In this document: in pieces, positions 24,822 to 37,615 of the stretch | Position numbering within the stretch: the first letter of the stretch is position 1 | How the letters are laid out: every line of letters begins with the position of its first letter | The notes under the pieces: generated by a model | Told to the model about the DNA's origin: nothing | The model's database searches: none | Seen by the model: the letters and a program-made list of their open reading frames with translations, nothing else | Translations under genes and position numbers: made by a program | Source: Trichosphaerium sp. ATCC 40318 | Lineage: Eukaryota; Protista; Tubulinea | Direction: 5' to 3' | DNA length: 64,000 bases | Assembly (NCBI GenBank): GCA_038496445.1 | Contig: JALMLS010000589.1 | Span: 178,938-242,937, forward strand

Positions 24822-25116
24822 ATTTATTGTTTGAAATCGGACCCACGTTTTTTCCGAATTTTTCGAAAGAAAAAATTCGAAAAAATAGAATTCGATACAA
24901 AAACTGAATGCCTATACCCACCAATGGATCACTATATGTGAGCGAAGGTCGGGTTCTAGTTCCGAGCACAGCGAGGACCCGACCGTAAGTGAACCAGGCG
25001 CTTTCTAGTTAAGTGGACTGCCCTAGCTATGCATCTTTCTGCATCTTTCTACACTTTCGAATTTTTGTTTTCGGAAAATTCGGAAACAACTATGGCCCCT
25101 TTGAAATTGCAATATT
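24822..25116. repeat. Foldback element: ~90-nt imperfect inverted arms around a GC-richer hairpin core
   Basis: TTTCCGAATTTTCGAAAGAAAAAATTCGAAA (~24851) versus TTTCGAATTTTTGTTTTCGGAAAATTCGGAAA (~25055). Core stem GGTCGGGTTCT/AGGACCCGACC. Confidence 0.7.
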
Positions 25117-25543
25117 TTTCTCACATCTATAATAAAATTGTCCAATGAGTTGAGATGTACTATGTTTGTTAACCTTGTTTGAATTGGCTATCATTGAGGC
25201 GATCACAACCCGATAAAACTCATGTGATTTTGTTTTTGATTTGAAGTGTTTTCTAGCTATTATCTTACATTAAGTAGCCTTGCATATATATACAACTAGA
25301 TGAAGATAATTTCAATCTGCATTGCTTTATTAACTTCAGTAGATATCTACTAAGTAGTTTTTATACGTCCACATCATTTTCTTAATACACTATAGAAGCA
25401 TGTTCGTTGGTTTGTCGGAGTTAGTAAGCAAACTCTAAAATCACCACTGAGATTTAGCATAACTACTTTTTAGTAAGGCATTCACATTCTTATGCGGAAT
25501 TTAGATAAAGTAAATCTTCAAAATATCAAACAAACCAAAGCAA

Positions 25544-27349
25544 ATGACTATAAAACCGCATGTTGTTATCTTTATGTTCTCCTTCTTGGTGATGGGCAGT
25601 AAAATAAAACAAGATGATAATTCCGTCTCTAAAAAAGGCATGCCCGGGGACCTCCCCGTAAGAATAGATGTGGACGTTGGTTGCATGGGTATGCTAGAAC
25701 ACCTAGGTTTTTAATCGCAACTATCATTTTTCTAATACTCTACAGATATCTTTGAGCCTTTTAGAATCGCCGAACTCATACCTGAGTTCGGGGATCCAAT
25801 TCTTGTTAACGAAGAGCCTGCATTGGCTTCTGGAGAGATAAACGGAGTAGTTAGTACTTTTTGTTTAGTTGAAGAAATTGAAAAATCACGTGTGTTCTGT
25901 TTATGAAGTTTAGGAATATTTTGTTCTCGCTTTTGAAATCGAAAACAACCTGCCAGGGTCAAAGTTTGATTTGATAATCGTTGTGTTCACCAAAGAAGGT
26001 ACTCATTAATGGTAATGTAAACTTACAAAGGGGGGCTCAATAGGACTAGCAAAAGGTAAGCTAGGGTATTTTCGATTGCCTAATACCGGTGATGCGGATA
26101 TTGCCGTTGGAAACAATGAGTTTGCAATAGCTCACGCTGGTAATTTTGGTAGTATTGGAGTTGTTGCTGTGGTATTTCTTGTTGAAGATACAATGAATGG
26201 AGTATGACTAAAGAGAGGTTATTTAGTTTTAATTTTCTATCATATAGGGCCTAATGGTAGAAGGAACAGCTCCAGTTTTTCAAGGAAGTCCAATACCATC
26301 GTTCAGACCAAAAATAGCTCACAATCCAAGTACGTTACAATGAAAGTACTACAAATCTAATTGTCTTTATAGCTGATAACAAATACATGATTACTTATTT
26401 TACGAGAGGACCAAACATGTATGTGATTATAGACTCTACCAGACGTGGTATTAGAAGGCCAATAAGTACGTTGAGAGCAATAGGTAGAAACTAACCTTAT
26501 TTGTATAGCAACAAAAAATAGCCTTTATGATGTTGTCTATGGAGGAGAAGCTTGTAACTGTTTTATCATTATATTATCTGGAAGTATGAGGTTTTTCCAT
26601 TATATAGTAGGCGATACTGGTAGGCCTGTTGTATGTTTTAGTATTCTATATGTTTGATGCAAACAAACAAAAAAACCTAATATTATTATTTTGTTGTAGA
26701 ACGTGGGTGTTGTAAGTAATACGCATGACTCTAAAAATATCCGAGCAACGTACCACCCAACATCTGGATACATTGGTATCATGTCATACGGCGACTCTTT
26801 TGGTAGCGGTTCTAAAATAGAAGATACAACTGAATTTTTTCTTTGGCAAGTTGATTCAATGTTTGCTATTACTACTCTTGATAATGTCCAATCACATGTT
26901 CGAGATATGTCTGGAAGCGGTGTAGCCATTGATATGGATGTTCTTCCTGGTTTGAGTGGAACAATGTTAGGGGTCACTGTTGATAAATCGCCCTCTGCGA
27001 GATTATTATATATCACAAGTTATAAGTCTGATACAAATTCATTCAAAGTTACGAGACTACAAATAGCAGGTTTGTTCACTCTTTTTTTTTTGAGGTTTTT
27101 TAAGTGTTACCACTTACACTTAATATAGGGGATGATCCAAGACAACCTGCAATCGCATACGGAACTATGAGTGGTACAACAGCGGTATGTCACTATTTTG
27201 TAGTTTGGATTTATTGTTTTACTTTAATCTAGATTACAGTTGAAACTGAAAGGGTACCCTCTGGTCGTAGTGTATGGGTAATCATACTAGGGGATTCATT
27301 GCACAGAATAGTTAACACAGGACCAGAACAATGCGGAAGACGACTTTAA
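25544..27349 (+). CDS. Unknown secreted beta-rich (propeller-like) protein, many exons
   Basis: Signal-like MTIKPHVVIFMFSFLVMG, with exons such as EEPALASG, ADIAVGNNEFAIAH, FRPKIAHNP, IRATYHPTSGYIGI and RQPAIAYG. Ends PEQCGRRL*. Confidence 0.6.
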
Positions 27350-27497
27350 GCGGTAATGTTGGCTATAATAAAAACTAGTTTCACTATGGAAGCAAGAATC
27401 ACGTTTTTCTGTAGCTAAATAGTTTTGTCACATTGCAAAACCGACCAATTTAGGCAAATTACTTGTGCGGTTTGCGATTTCCAACAGAGATTACGTT

Positions 27498-29678
27498 TTA
27501 TTTAAATTGAGAATAAAATGGGATTGTACTGTTGATAGTTTTTTTATCACATGTTCTTCTTTTAAACTCTGCAATTCCCCTATTCAACGTTGATATTATT
27601 TTTGATGTAAATTGATACATCGTCGGTCTTGGAGCGAATGCGAACTCAGGGTATGCAGCAATATATGGAGGCGGCTCAAAATAATTATCTTTCTAAGGAA
27701 AAACATCATAAGTAAACGCTGAGCTATCAACACGAGAAGAAAACCAAAGCAAATAAAAATTCAAATCGGCTGTTAAAATGAAGTGACTCGAAAAGATTCA
27801 ACAAATTATTTTGCAGTTATCTTTGTCACGTACATCACACGCAAGCAAGTCTATATGTTTATATTTATGTTTTGACCAGAACCAGTCGTTAATTCTGTAC
27901 CCTTGACAGTAGTGCAGTGCCTGGTAGTGATGAGACCAACCTGTTTTAGGATCATTTGGATGTGACAAGTCATAGTATAATCGAATATCATGAGGAAGAC
28001 CAAGCTCAATAGCTGCAACTTGATACGCATTCATATCACACATAAATCCTCCTCTATCTAAGACATTAGGTGAATTACAACAAAGGTAATAATGCCTAAA
28101 AAAGAATGTGCGGAAATTAAACGTTCTAAAAAAACATACCGAATCCTGGCGTCAAATCTTTCCTGTATGCTACTGTCGTTTCTGTCCATATTCTAGCCAA
28201 CTCTTTCATGTCATCCTAAACAAACTTGTTAAGTAACATCCAAAGAATAGAGTGCAACGTCTTTGTCCGTTTTGGTTTCTAAGTTTTGAGAACATCACAT
28301 TCACGAACTGCTACTACATCACGTGATAGTATAAAATAGGTCTAGGTAGCTTGTGGTAACCAGCTTCTCATAAAAGACATACCCTGTGTGCAATGTACAT
28401 ATGTCCTAATGCGTATGGCTTCCAATCAAATCGCCGTGGTTTCTTCGCACATGAAGGACAATGTTTTGCCCATTTCGCATCATGCCGCCTATAACAACTG
28501 TAATTTTTGTGCAATATTTTTGTAGTACCATCCATTAGGCGAAAATGCGAAACCTCCAGCAGGTTTGCCCTTTTCTACACCTCGTATATCATAAGGAGAC
28601 ATCATCAAAAAGTCAGGGTCAGTGACAATTACGATCTCTTCAGGGAAATCAACTTCTGTCACCTTTAAACAAAATAAACAAATCTTAATCGACAATAAAA
28701 CAGCCACGTGACAGCGCTGAAAGCAAAAGTGTATTCGTACAAACTGATAAACTGAACTTGGTTTGTTGAGAGCTACAAAATTATCTGTAGGATCATTGTA
28801 GAAGCGTTTGTATGAAGGAAGTTGAATGAAATTAACCTAAAAGAAAAGTAAATACCTTTGAGTTTTAACAACTTGTACTAAAAGCTCGGTAAAATAAGTG
28901 ATGCACATGTGTAAACAAGCCGTTTAGAAACTCTCGTTTGAGTCAACAAAGCGACTTGTAAAAGTGCATATATACTGGAACTGCACAAGCATCGGAAGGC
29001 CGGAGAGTAGCCAGTAAACACGTGTCTAAGAGGAAAAATACGTACTTCTGGATAAGCTTTTATCATTTCTTTGATTCTTGGTGATAACTCACCATCACAG
29101 CTCATCAATCTGCTCAAGTTGTACGGTTTACCATTATCCATCCTTTACGAACATTAAAAAAAACCCCAATAACATGGGGTGTCCACAACCCCAAAAAAAT
29201 CTGCTAGAAAAGATACTCACCACGATTGTATTACGCCTATGGTTTGCCTAAATCAGTATTAAATGAGCATTATTAATCAACTCTATTCGAATGAAAATCA
29301 AGAACCAAAAGAGCTACGTGAGCGCTTCACTGTACCAGTTGTGGTAATCATTACATGCTGTGGATATAACATAATGTGCAGGATAGTAAGGCTTCTTCCC
29401 TAGCTTTTCAGGCAGTAGTGTCAGGTACTTTCGTAGAGGTAAAGTTTTATCGGAGTACGTACTGTTGTTGTTTTTATCCCTTCTTTTGATTGTTGTGTTT
29501 GAACTACTTGAGCACTTGTAATAGCTTGAGAGCGTCCAGAGAAGACAGATAAAACAGAGGCATAATTTATACATATTAGTATTACAACAGCGACTGCAAC
29601 TATCAGTTGAACACGGTATAGAGTGGATTTAACAGCTGTTTGAGCGTATGAGCCGTTCCCTAGGCCACTACGTTTCAT
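27498..29678 (-). CDS. SERGT1/HPAT-like type II membrane glycosyltransferase, copy 2
   Basis: TM LIVAVAVVILICINYA, then ISTACNDYHNWQTIGVIQSW, SRLMSC, ALNKPSS, TDPDFLMM, GGFMCDMNAYQVAA, HYCQGYRINDWFWSKH. Confidence 0.85.
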
Positions 29679-30210
29679 AGTTCTTTTTTAGTAAGTATAA
29701 ATTGAATTTTAATGCACATAAAATCTCGAATAGGCAAAAGGTACTACCCTCCCTTACTTAACTTATCTTTAATACAAGTTGGATATTTACTTAGTATAAT
29801 GTGCTACTTGTGGTGGGTACAACGAAGTATACAGGAAGTTATACCTGTTATTTGATCTGCCTTAATCGGATAAACAATGAAAATAAACGAGTTTTCGGGA
29901 GCATTTATTAATCCGCAATAAAATTTGTGTGAGGTCTGTTTGTTTGGTACTTCACAGAGAAGAGTGTCGCACACTTTTGTGCAAATTATTCTACACGATT
30001 CAATGTTTCACTGGAGCTTAACCTGCCGTAATAAGGGGATGATAGTTGTTTGTTTTTTGTTTGGAAGTGAGTTATTTTGGAATATCTAGTAATCTCATAG
30101 GTTCAGTTGCGAACTGCTGCTCCATGTTTTCTAAGCGATCAGGTGCCACAAGAAATAGCGCTCAAGTATTCCACGAGCAATTTTTTCGAACAAAATCCGG
30201 CTTTCCTGAT

Positions 30211-31066
30211 TAACGCCCTTCCGTTATGAATATAAGCAATATTCATATTCATAGCACCAAACGGCATATTCATTAATATTCATTCATGAATATTCATGGA
30301 GTGTTTGGTGAGTCAGGATTTTGAGGAGCTTTTGGTTTGTAGCACCTAGCGATGTTCCAGATGGATAGATTTAACAAGTTGCATTTGAAAAAAAAATTTC
30401 TCAGCTTTCTCTCGCTTTTCTGCCCATTTCTTTACATCCTCTGAGACTTTTTTTATTAAAATATGTTTACCCCGAGCTCTGGCTATTTCTACGCTTGGAA
30501 AGTACTAAAAAGTGGTTTTGAGACAGCAAAAAAATAGATCACGTGGCGGGCGCAAGATTGGCTCGAATTGTCAAAAAAACGTCACCACTGGCACAATTTC
30601 ACACAACAAAAGTGTCGGTTAGGGCTACAATGACTTAGTTTTACCGCTAAAATGTAGATATCTTAAACTCACTCAATATATGGCTTTCAACCACTCTATG
30701 TATAGAACTATGCTTTTTAGAACATATGAGAGTAGTTTGGATGAAAAAAAAGCACATAGAGACTGAAAAAAAAGCCAACAACTTCAGTTTTATGATGCTT
30801 TATTTTCGTGGCGCCAATTGTAAAACCGTCACTCACAACGTATTCATGTGTGCAGTACTCTTGTCTGTGATGCGTTATTGTAGTTCTTATGGTAAGTAGA
30901 ATTGTAACTGCCAAACTGTAAACCAATACTGTGCGATCAATTTTCTACTGCGTAAGTTGCAGCAAAAAGGGCATGAATAATGAATGAATTTTTTTAGTCA
31001 TGAATATTTGTGAATATAGGCTGTATTTGAATATTCAAATTATTCATTCATAACGGAAGGGCGTTA
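30211..31066. mobile_element. Complete non-autonomous TIR element, family A (hAT-like by its 8-bp TSD)
   Basis: 21-nt perfect TIR TAACGCCCTTCCGTTATGAAT / ATTCATAACGGAAGGGCGTTA. Direct repeat TTCCTGAT at 30203-30210 and 31067-31074. Subterminal TATTCAT repeats, no transposase ORF. Confidence 0.92.
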
Positions 31067-31314
31067 TTCCTGATGGCTAAGTTTTGTTATTACGAACGCC
31101 TTACACCCAAGAGTGACAATACAAAAACTGTCATGAAAACACGTGTTTTGGCGTGCAATTTAGCTAAAGTTGCCACTTGAATACGGTTCTTCGAAAACAC
31201 GTGTTTCTTGGTACTTTTGTACCTATTTTTACTAACGTTTAGTCAACATCTGTAATCAATTTCTCTACCCCAAATTGTTTGTATTAGACTACTAGTCCTT
31301 CTAACAAGACAAGT

Positions 31315-32528
31315 ATGCTTTCTACCTCAAAACGTTGTAAAATCGATAGCATCTCCAGTACAAGCTTATTACGACTGCCTACAGAGATATTAGCACATAT
31401 TTTGCGTCATACAACCAAATCACGTTTTAATGCTTGTCAAACGTGTCATTTCCTTGCTTCTGTCATTCACGATATTATTGGATACCACGCTATTAGGATT
31501 AAAACATTAGGACAAGCAAAATCAGCTGCAATACACCATGGTATTCTGAAATATACGAAAATATCCTTTGTGCGTGGTGCTGATGACAATATAATCAAAC
31601 AATTTGCTGGTGCTTTTACCATTCACATTGAAAACACATCAGTAACTGATGAAGGTGTCAAAGCACTCGCTGGGGTTCATACTATTATCCTTGACAACAC
31701 TTCAGTAACTGGTGAAGGTGTCAAAGCGCTTGCTGGAGTTCATAGAATTTACCTCAACAACACTTCAGTAACAGATGAAGGTGTCAAAGCGCTTGCTGGG
31801 GTTCATACTATTTCCTCAACTCAGTAACTAAGGTAAAGCTTCAGTTCAACAGATGTAACAGTGTCAAAGCGCTTGCTGGAGTTCATAGAATATCCCTTAA
31901 AAACACTTCAGTAACAGATGAAGGTGTCAAAGCGCTTGCTGGGGTTCATACTATTATCCTTGACAACACTTCAGTAACTGGTGAAGGTGTCAAAGCGCTT
32001 GCTGGAGTTCATAGAATTTACCTCAACAACACTTCAGTAACAGATGAAGGTGTCAAAGCGCTTGCTGGAGTTCATAGAATTTACCTCAACAACACTTCAG
32101 TAACAGATGAAGGTGTCAAAGCGCTTGCTGGGGTTCATACTATTTTCCTCAATAATACTTCAGTAACAGATGAAGGTGTCAAAGCGCTTGCTGGGGTTCA
32201 TACTATTATCCTTGACAACACTTCAGTAACAGATGAAGGTGTCAAAGCGCTTGCTGGGGTTCATACTATTGTCCTTGACAACACTTCAGTAACTGGTGAA
32301 GGTGTCAAAGCGCTTGCTGGAGTTCATAGAATATCCCTTAAAAACACTTCAGTAACAGATGAAGGTGTCAAAGCACTTGCTGGGGTTCATACTATTATCC
32401 TTGACAACACTTCAGTAACAGATGAAGGCATAACAGCACTGGCTAGTGCATCCTATATATGCGCATATAAAAGTCGTGTTACAAGCAAAGGGGTTGAAAC
32501 TTTAAAGGGGACTACAGTGCATATATAA
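31315..32528 (+). CDS. F-box + ~13 x 21-aa LRR + C-cap, intronless; frame broken by a collapsed module at ~31810-31860
   Basis: LLRLPTEILAHILRH F-box and 63-nt modules GCTGGrGTTCAT...ACTTCAGTAACwGrTGAAGGTGTCAAAGCGCTT. The frame resumes after ~31862 and ends KGTTVHI*. Either a pseudogene or a local assembly error. Confidence 0.8.
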
Positions 32529-32644
32529 AGAACATCATATAATAAAGTTGTTGTTATACTAATGACAAACAAATTGTAGACATGAATTTGTCTTAATTGA
32601 GATTCAAACAGGTGATAGATATAGTTGTTTATTTTCTTTGCTGT

Positions 32645-34888
32645 TTATATAAATTGAGAATAAAATGGGATTGTACTGTTGATAGTTTTTTTATCACATG
32701 TTCTTCTTTTAAACTCTGCAATTCCCCTATTCAACGTTGATATTATTTTTGATGTAAATTGATACATCGTCGGTCTCGGAGCAAATGCGAACTCAGGGTG
32801 TGTATGGTTATATGGAGGAGGCTTAAAATAATTATCGTTCTAAAGAAAAAAACAATCATAAGCTAAGGTAGTACTAACTTAAAGAATTGAAGAACACTCA
32901 AGCTCGAGAACATTAATGAAATTTGAAATTATTAAAAATAGTCTTCTCTGAAATGAAGTGGTTCAATGTTCAGTTAGAATCGTTTCTGGTTGATTTTTTT
33001 GGATACGTACATCACATCGAAGTAAATCCACTTGTTTATAACTGTGCTTTGACCAGAACCAGTCGTTAATTCTGTACCCTTGACAGTAGTGCAATGCCTG
33101 GTAGTGATGAGACCAACCTGTTTTAGGATCATTTGGATGTGACAAGTCATAGTATAATCGAATATCATGAGGAAGACCGAGCTCAATAGCTGCGACTTGA
33201 TATGCATTCATATCACACATAAATCCTCCTCTATCTAAGACAAACATGAGATGAATTAAAACACGAAAGAGAAGGAAACAGCGTTGAATAAATAAACTCA
33301 AAAACACTTACCAAATCCTGGCGTCAAATCTTTCCTGTATGCTACTGTCGTTTCTGTCCATATTCTAGCCAACTCTTTCATATCATCCTAAACTTTTGTT
33401 AAGTAACATCCAAAGAATAGACTGTGAGGTCTTTGTCCGTTATGGTTTCTAAGTTTTGAGAACATCACATGCACGTGATGTAATCGAAAAAATACAAAAA
33501 CACGAACTTCTATATCACGTGATAGAGGATAAAATAGGTCTAGGTAGTTCGTGGTGACCAGCTTCTTATAAAAGACATACCCTGTGTGCAATGTACATAT
33601 GTCCTAATGCGTATGGTTGCCAATCAAATCGTCTTGGTTTATCTTTACATGACGGGCAGAATTTTCCCCAGTTGGGTCTGTTTAGCCTGCGTTATAAGTA
33701 AGGATTTAACTGTACATATAAAATGCATTAAGTTTTGGGTACCATGAGGAAGGCGGAAATGCGAAACCTCCAGCAGGTTTGCCCTTTTCTACACCTCGTA
33801 TATCATAAGGAGACATCATCAAAAAGTCAGGGTCAGTGACAATTACGATCTCTTCAGGGAAATCAACTTCTGTCACCTTTAAACAAAATAAACAAATCTT
33901 AATCGATAAATAAAAACAGCCAAAAAAGCATGTGTGAGGCTAGTGTTTAAGAGAGTTATTCGTACAAACTGATAAACTGAACTTGGTTTGTTGAGAGCTG
34001 GAAAATCATCTGTAGAATCATTGTAGAAGCGTTTGTATGAAGGAAGTTGAATGAAATTAACCTAAAAGAAAAGTAAATACTTTTGAGTTCTAACAACTTA
34101 ACGAAATGCTCGCTTGAGTCAACAAAGCGAACCCTGAAAGTGGTGCAAAGTGAGGTGCGTCATGTACATGAAACATAAAAGGCGTATGGCAAAGTGGCAA
34201 CGTACTTCCGGATAAGCTTTTATCATTTCTTTGATTCTTGGTGATAACTCACCATCACAACTCATCAATCTGCTCAAATTGTACGGTTTACCATTATCCA
34301 TCCTTTGAGAACATTAAAAAAAGAATTCAATACCGTGATACGGCCACAACCCCAGAAAAAAACCGAAATCTTTTTTTTTACTTAATTTCTTTCACTAAAA
34401 ACTCCGCAAAGACTTACCAAGATTGTATTACGCCTATAGTCTGCCTAAAAAATAATACGTAAGGTTTAAAACGTCAATTGATTATTTCTATTCGCATTAA
34501 AATTAATAAACAAAAAAAGCCACGTGGGCGATTCACCGTACCAGTTGTGGTAATCATTACATGCTGTGGATATAACATAATGTGCAGGATAGTAAGGCTT
34601 CTTATTTTCTTTCTTTTCAGGTACTATAGTCATAGGTAAAGCTATCGTAGGCTGTTCTGTTGGTGGTGTTATGATTCGTTCTTTTATCTCCTCTTTTACT
34701 TTTTGTATTTGAGCACATGCGTCTTCTGCACTCACGTGGGAGCTTCCAGAGAATATAGATACAACAGAGACATAATTTATACATATTAGTATTACAACAG
34801 CGACTACAACTATCATTTGAACACGGCATAGCGTAGATTTAATAGTTGTTTGAGCATTTGGGCCATTCCTTAGGCTGTTATGTCTCAT
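32645..34888 (-). CDS. SERGT1/HPAT-like glycosyltransferase, copy 3
   Basis: Same exon structure as copy 2, with several exons near-identical at nucleotide level. Stop at 32645-32647. Confidence 0.85.
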
Positions 34889-34994
34889 TGCTTCGTTTTT
34901 TATCCAATCTACAAAAATCTCGTATAAGGCTGACTTAAGATACTCTTAAGTAACTTGTTAAGTGATTGGTAAAACGTTTTAACACTGGTGTAAA

Positions 34995-35570
34995 TATCTC
35001 TATTCGCATGTAAAGTAAATGTTTGATACTTAGTCAACAAAGTCACAAGTAAGAGATGTCAGTGTTCAGTCAGAACTTTGTTTGGTTCGCTCTTAATAAA
35101 ACAAAATAGGCAATCATTTGTATTGTACAACGTAAACAGATTGACAATTTCCTTCATACAAAGCAATAGGTTAAAACATTATTTGCCACCATAACCCCTT
35201 GAACCTGAAAGTAACGCTATGCGAACATCACTATCAACCTGACGTCTAGAATAAAGTAAGATCAATAAGGAGAAACGCCATGAGAGGTACCTTTGACATA
35301 GAGTCCCACCTACAGCTAACCCAACAATAAAGCTAGGGTCAGGTATTGGTACAAATGTTATTGTCAAACTGGTCAGATTATTCGTGGTATTATCGTCATT
35401 AACAATAGAAACACCAGCGTGATTGTTCGAGTATGATTAAGGAGGTTCACGTTCACTTGTTTTTTTTTCGAGATTCCACGTGCTGCGAGATATCTCGTTG
35501 CTTTTGAGAAGGTGATACGTGAATCTATCACCCACTTCTCTACAATCACGGTAATTTACAACTCTAGTAA
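34995..35570 (-). pseudogene. Internally deleted duplicate of the secreted-family unit at 39261-41053 (relic A)
   Basis: 34995-35360 matches 39261-39620 (3' flank and last exons) and 35426-35570 matches 40910-41053 (5' flank). The middle of the gene is missing. Confidence 0.8.
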
Positions 35571-35927
35571 GAGCCGAAGTATCATAGTGAAATTATTGGA
35601 CATTTATATTGGCAAGTATGCTGAAAAGAAGCTTCAGCCAGCTTTATACATGACGTTTTGTTAAAGATTTAAGGCACTATGGAGGTACTCATGTATGTTT
35701 GTTCAATAACGATGTTATTGGTACACTTTTCGCAAAGGAATAATTCTGTTTGGTGAGCAAAACCAGGACGGCAAGCTAAAAATAGACTCAATACATTGCT
35801 TTCAAAAAAACCAGACTGCAATAACAAGATATTGTAGAGCTTTTTGGTTTACATTACACATTGCTAAACGCATTTAATCGTGAGTTTATTGTTGATCATA
35901 CAATGTTCATTATGCATTTTTGTTGTC

Positions 35928-37069
35928 TTAACCCCTTGAACCTGAGAGTAGAGCTCGACGAATATCACTATCAACAGGTATTCTAACAATCAAGTAAGAA
36001 TTAGTTTCGAAAAGTGAATGAAGTAAGTACGTATTGCATGGAATAGCTCCACCTACATCTATTCCTAGAATATTTTGAGGATCAGGTATTTGTGCAAAGC
36101 CTGTTGGTGTGAATGCAAGTGTATTTGTGTTCAAAAAGAAAGAGCCTCCTATGTCTGAACCACAAACAACAAGAATGCGTGTGCTGTCAAACACAGCGAA
36201 CCCTGCTTTTTATTAGCAACTTCATTTTCTTAGTTTCCTTCCTACCTTTAATTCTATCACATGGAGACATGAATGCGGACCCAACCATTGAACATGTATC
36301 AGGTGGGCTTGCTGGCAAGTTCATAAGCTCAATACCTTCAAATTCACATCCCACGTATATTGTTGATCCAATGACAATAGCTGGAAGGTAAAACAATAGT
36401 TAACAAAAGGAATTAAGTAGTATGATCGTACTTGTTGCAGGTGCTGGAGGCGCTGTTACAACAGACAAACACACAGCAGTGGGTTCACAAGGTGACATGA
36501 AAGAATTATTGCGATACTAAAGTCTACAGTACCATACAAGGTACCTGTTATAGGATCAACGTTCATGTTTGTGTTTGTACCAGCATTATTCATTTCATTG
36601 CATGTTTAGAAATAATCACGTTGTACTATTATTGTTTTCTTGTTTTTTATTTTGACGTACAGGAGAGCATCCTTGAGGTCCAAAGATTTGTACCATACCG
36701 CTTCTGTCACTTTCAATCTCGAAAGATACAGCGAGATTTCCATCTTGTAAATAAGCTAAAATCTTTGATTACTCACTTTTAGTTGTTGCGATCAAAAGAA
36801 AAAAACAGCAGTAAAACTCTCAAAACCAGATATGTACTCATTGCAGTGATCGCCGCTCCATCAAATGAGCAAGCTATGAAAGAAAATAAATAGAGAAGAA
36901 AAAAGAAGATCAGGACGAACTTACGCTCGCCAATAAAGTCTCCTGACTCCAACACAAACCGTTGGAAGCTTGTTCCGTATCTTACTGCTGCTAGGGTTCT
37001 TATTTGAGCTCTTGACACAGATAAAATAAACGAAAGTAATAAACAAAGGAGAAGTGGTCGCAGGTACAT
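35928..37069 (-). CDS. Secreted Cys-rich family member B (7 exons; 1-nt frameshift near 36508)
   Basis: MYLRPLLLCLLLSFILSVSRAQ signal peptide, FQRFVLESG, NTNMNVDPITGTLYGT, AVFDSTRILVVCG, VDSDIRRALLSGSRG*. Confidence 0.75.
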
Positions 37070-37187
37070 TGTTAACAAGCTTTTTGAGCTTTTGAACACA
37101 ACGCACATTTTCATCAAATCTGTTGATATCACCCGCTGGTTACTAGCTTGGGATAATTACGAATAAGATAATTCTAAAGAAATAAAA

Positions 37188-37615
37188 TACCAAAGCTAGT
37201 CCTTCATTTAATATATCGAGACTCTGCGGGCTACGAGATATCTCGTGGCTTTCACGATGCCAGCTCTAGAAATATAAGTAAATAGATCACCTGTCAGTTG
37301 TTCACTTTGACATCATACGTACCTTATTGCGAAGTCCAGTCTCTCAACCTGTGCATAAGGAAAAGAAAACAGACTGTCCCAGCTTAATATAACTTGTTCA
37401 GTGAAGTTCTAAAATAACAAGATATCTTGTTCGCTTGCAGTTAAATGCTTTACACCAAAAAGAAAAAGAAAAACAATGAGTGTCATATTGTAGTATGCGG
37501 AAAAGAAGGTTCTGGTAAATCTGTCATCACAATACGCTTCAGACACGATTTTTTTGTTGAAGAGTACCATAAAACCGCGTAGAATACTTCAAATAACGTT
37601 ATAATAGATACGATC
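37188..37615 (+). pseudogene. Truncated duplicate of the 5' flank, exon 1 and intron 1 of the Ras-like gene at 48820-49651
   Basis: Matches the reverse complement of ~49480-49887 (IVVCGKEGSGKSVITIRF..VEE). Homology ends at TACGATC, 37615. Confidence 0.8.

Noticed and set aside
24935-25030. tRNA, SRP RNA or hammerhead ribozyme
   Set aside because: No cloverleaf or A/B boxes, no SRP helix-8 motif and no CUGAnGA/GAAA core were found. It is kept only as an unexplained hairpin.
27498-34888. Glycosyltransferases acting as Skp1-modifying enzymes linked to the F-box genes
   Set aside because: They have N-terminal type II membrane anchors (secretory pathway), whereas known Skp1 glycosylation is cytosolic and uses other GT families.
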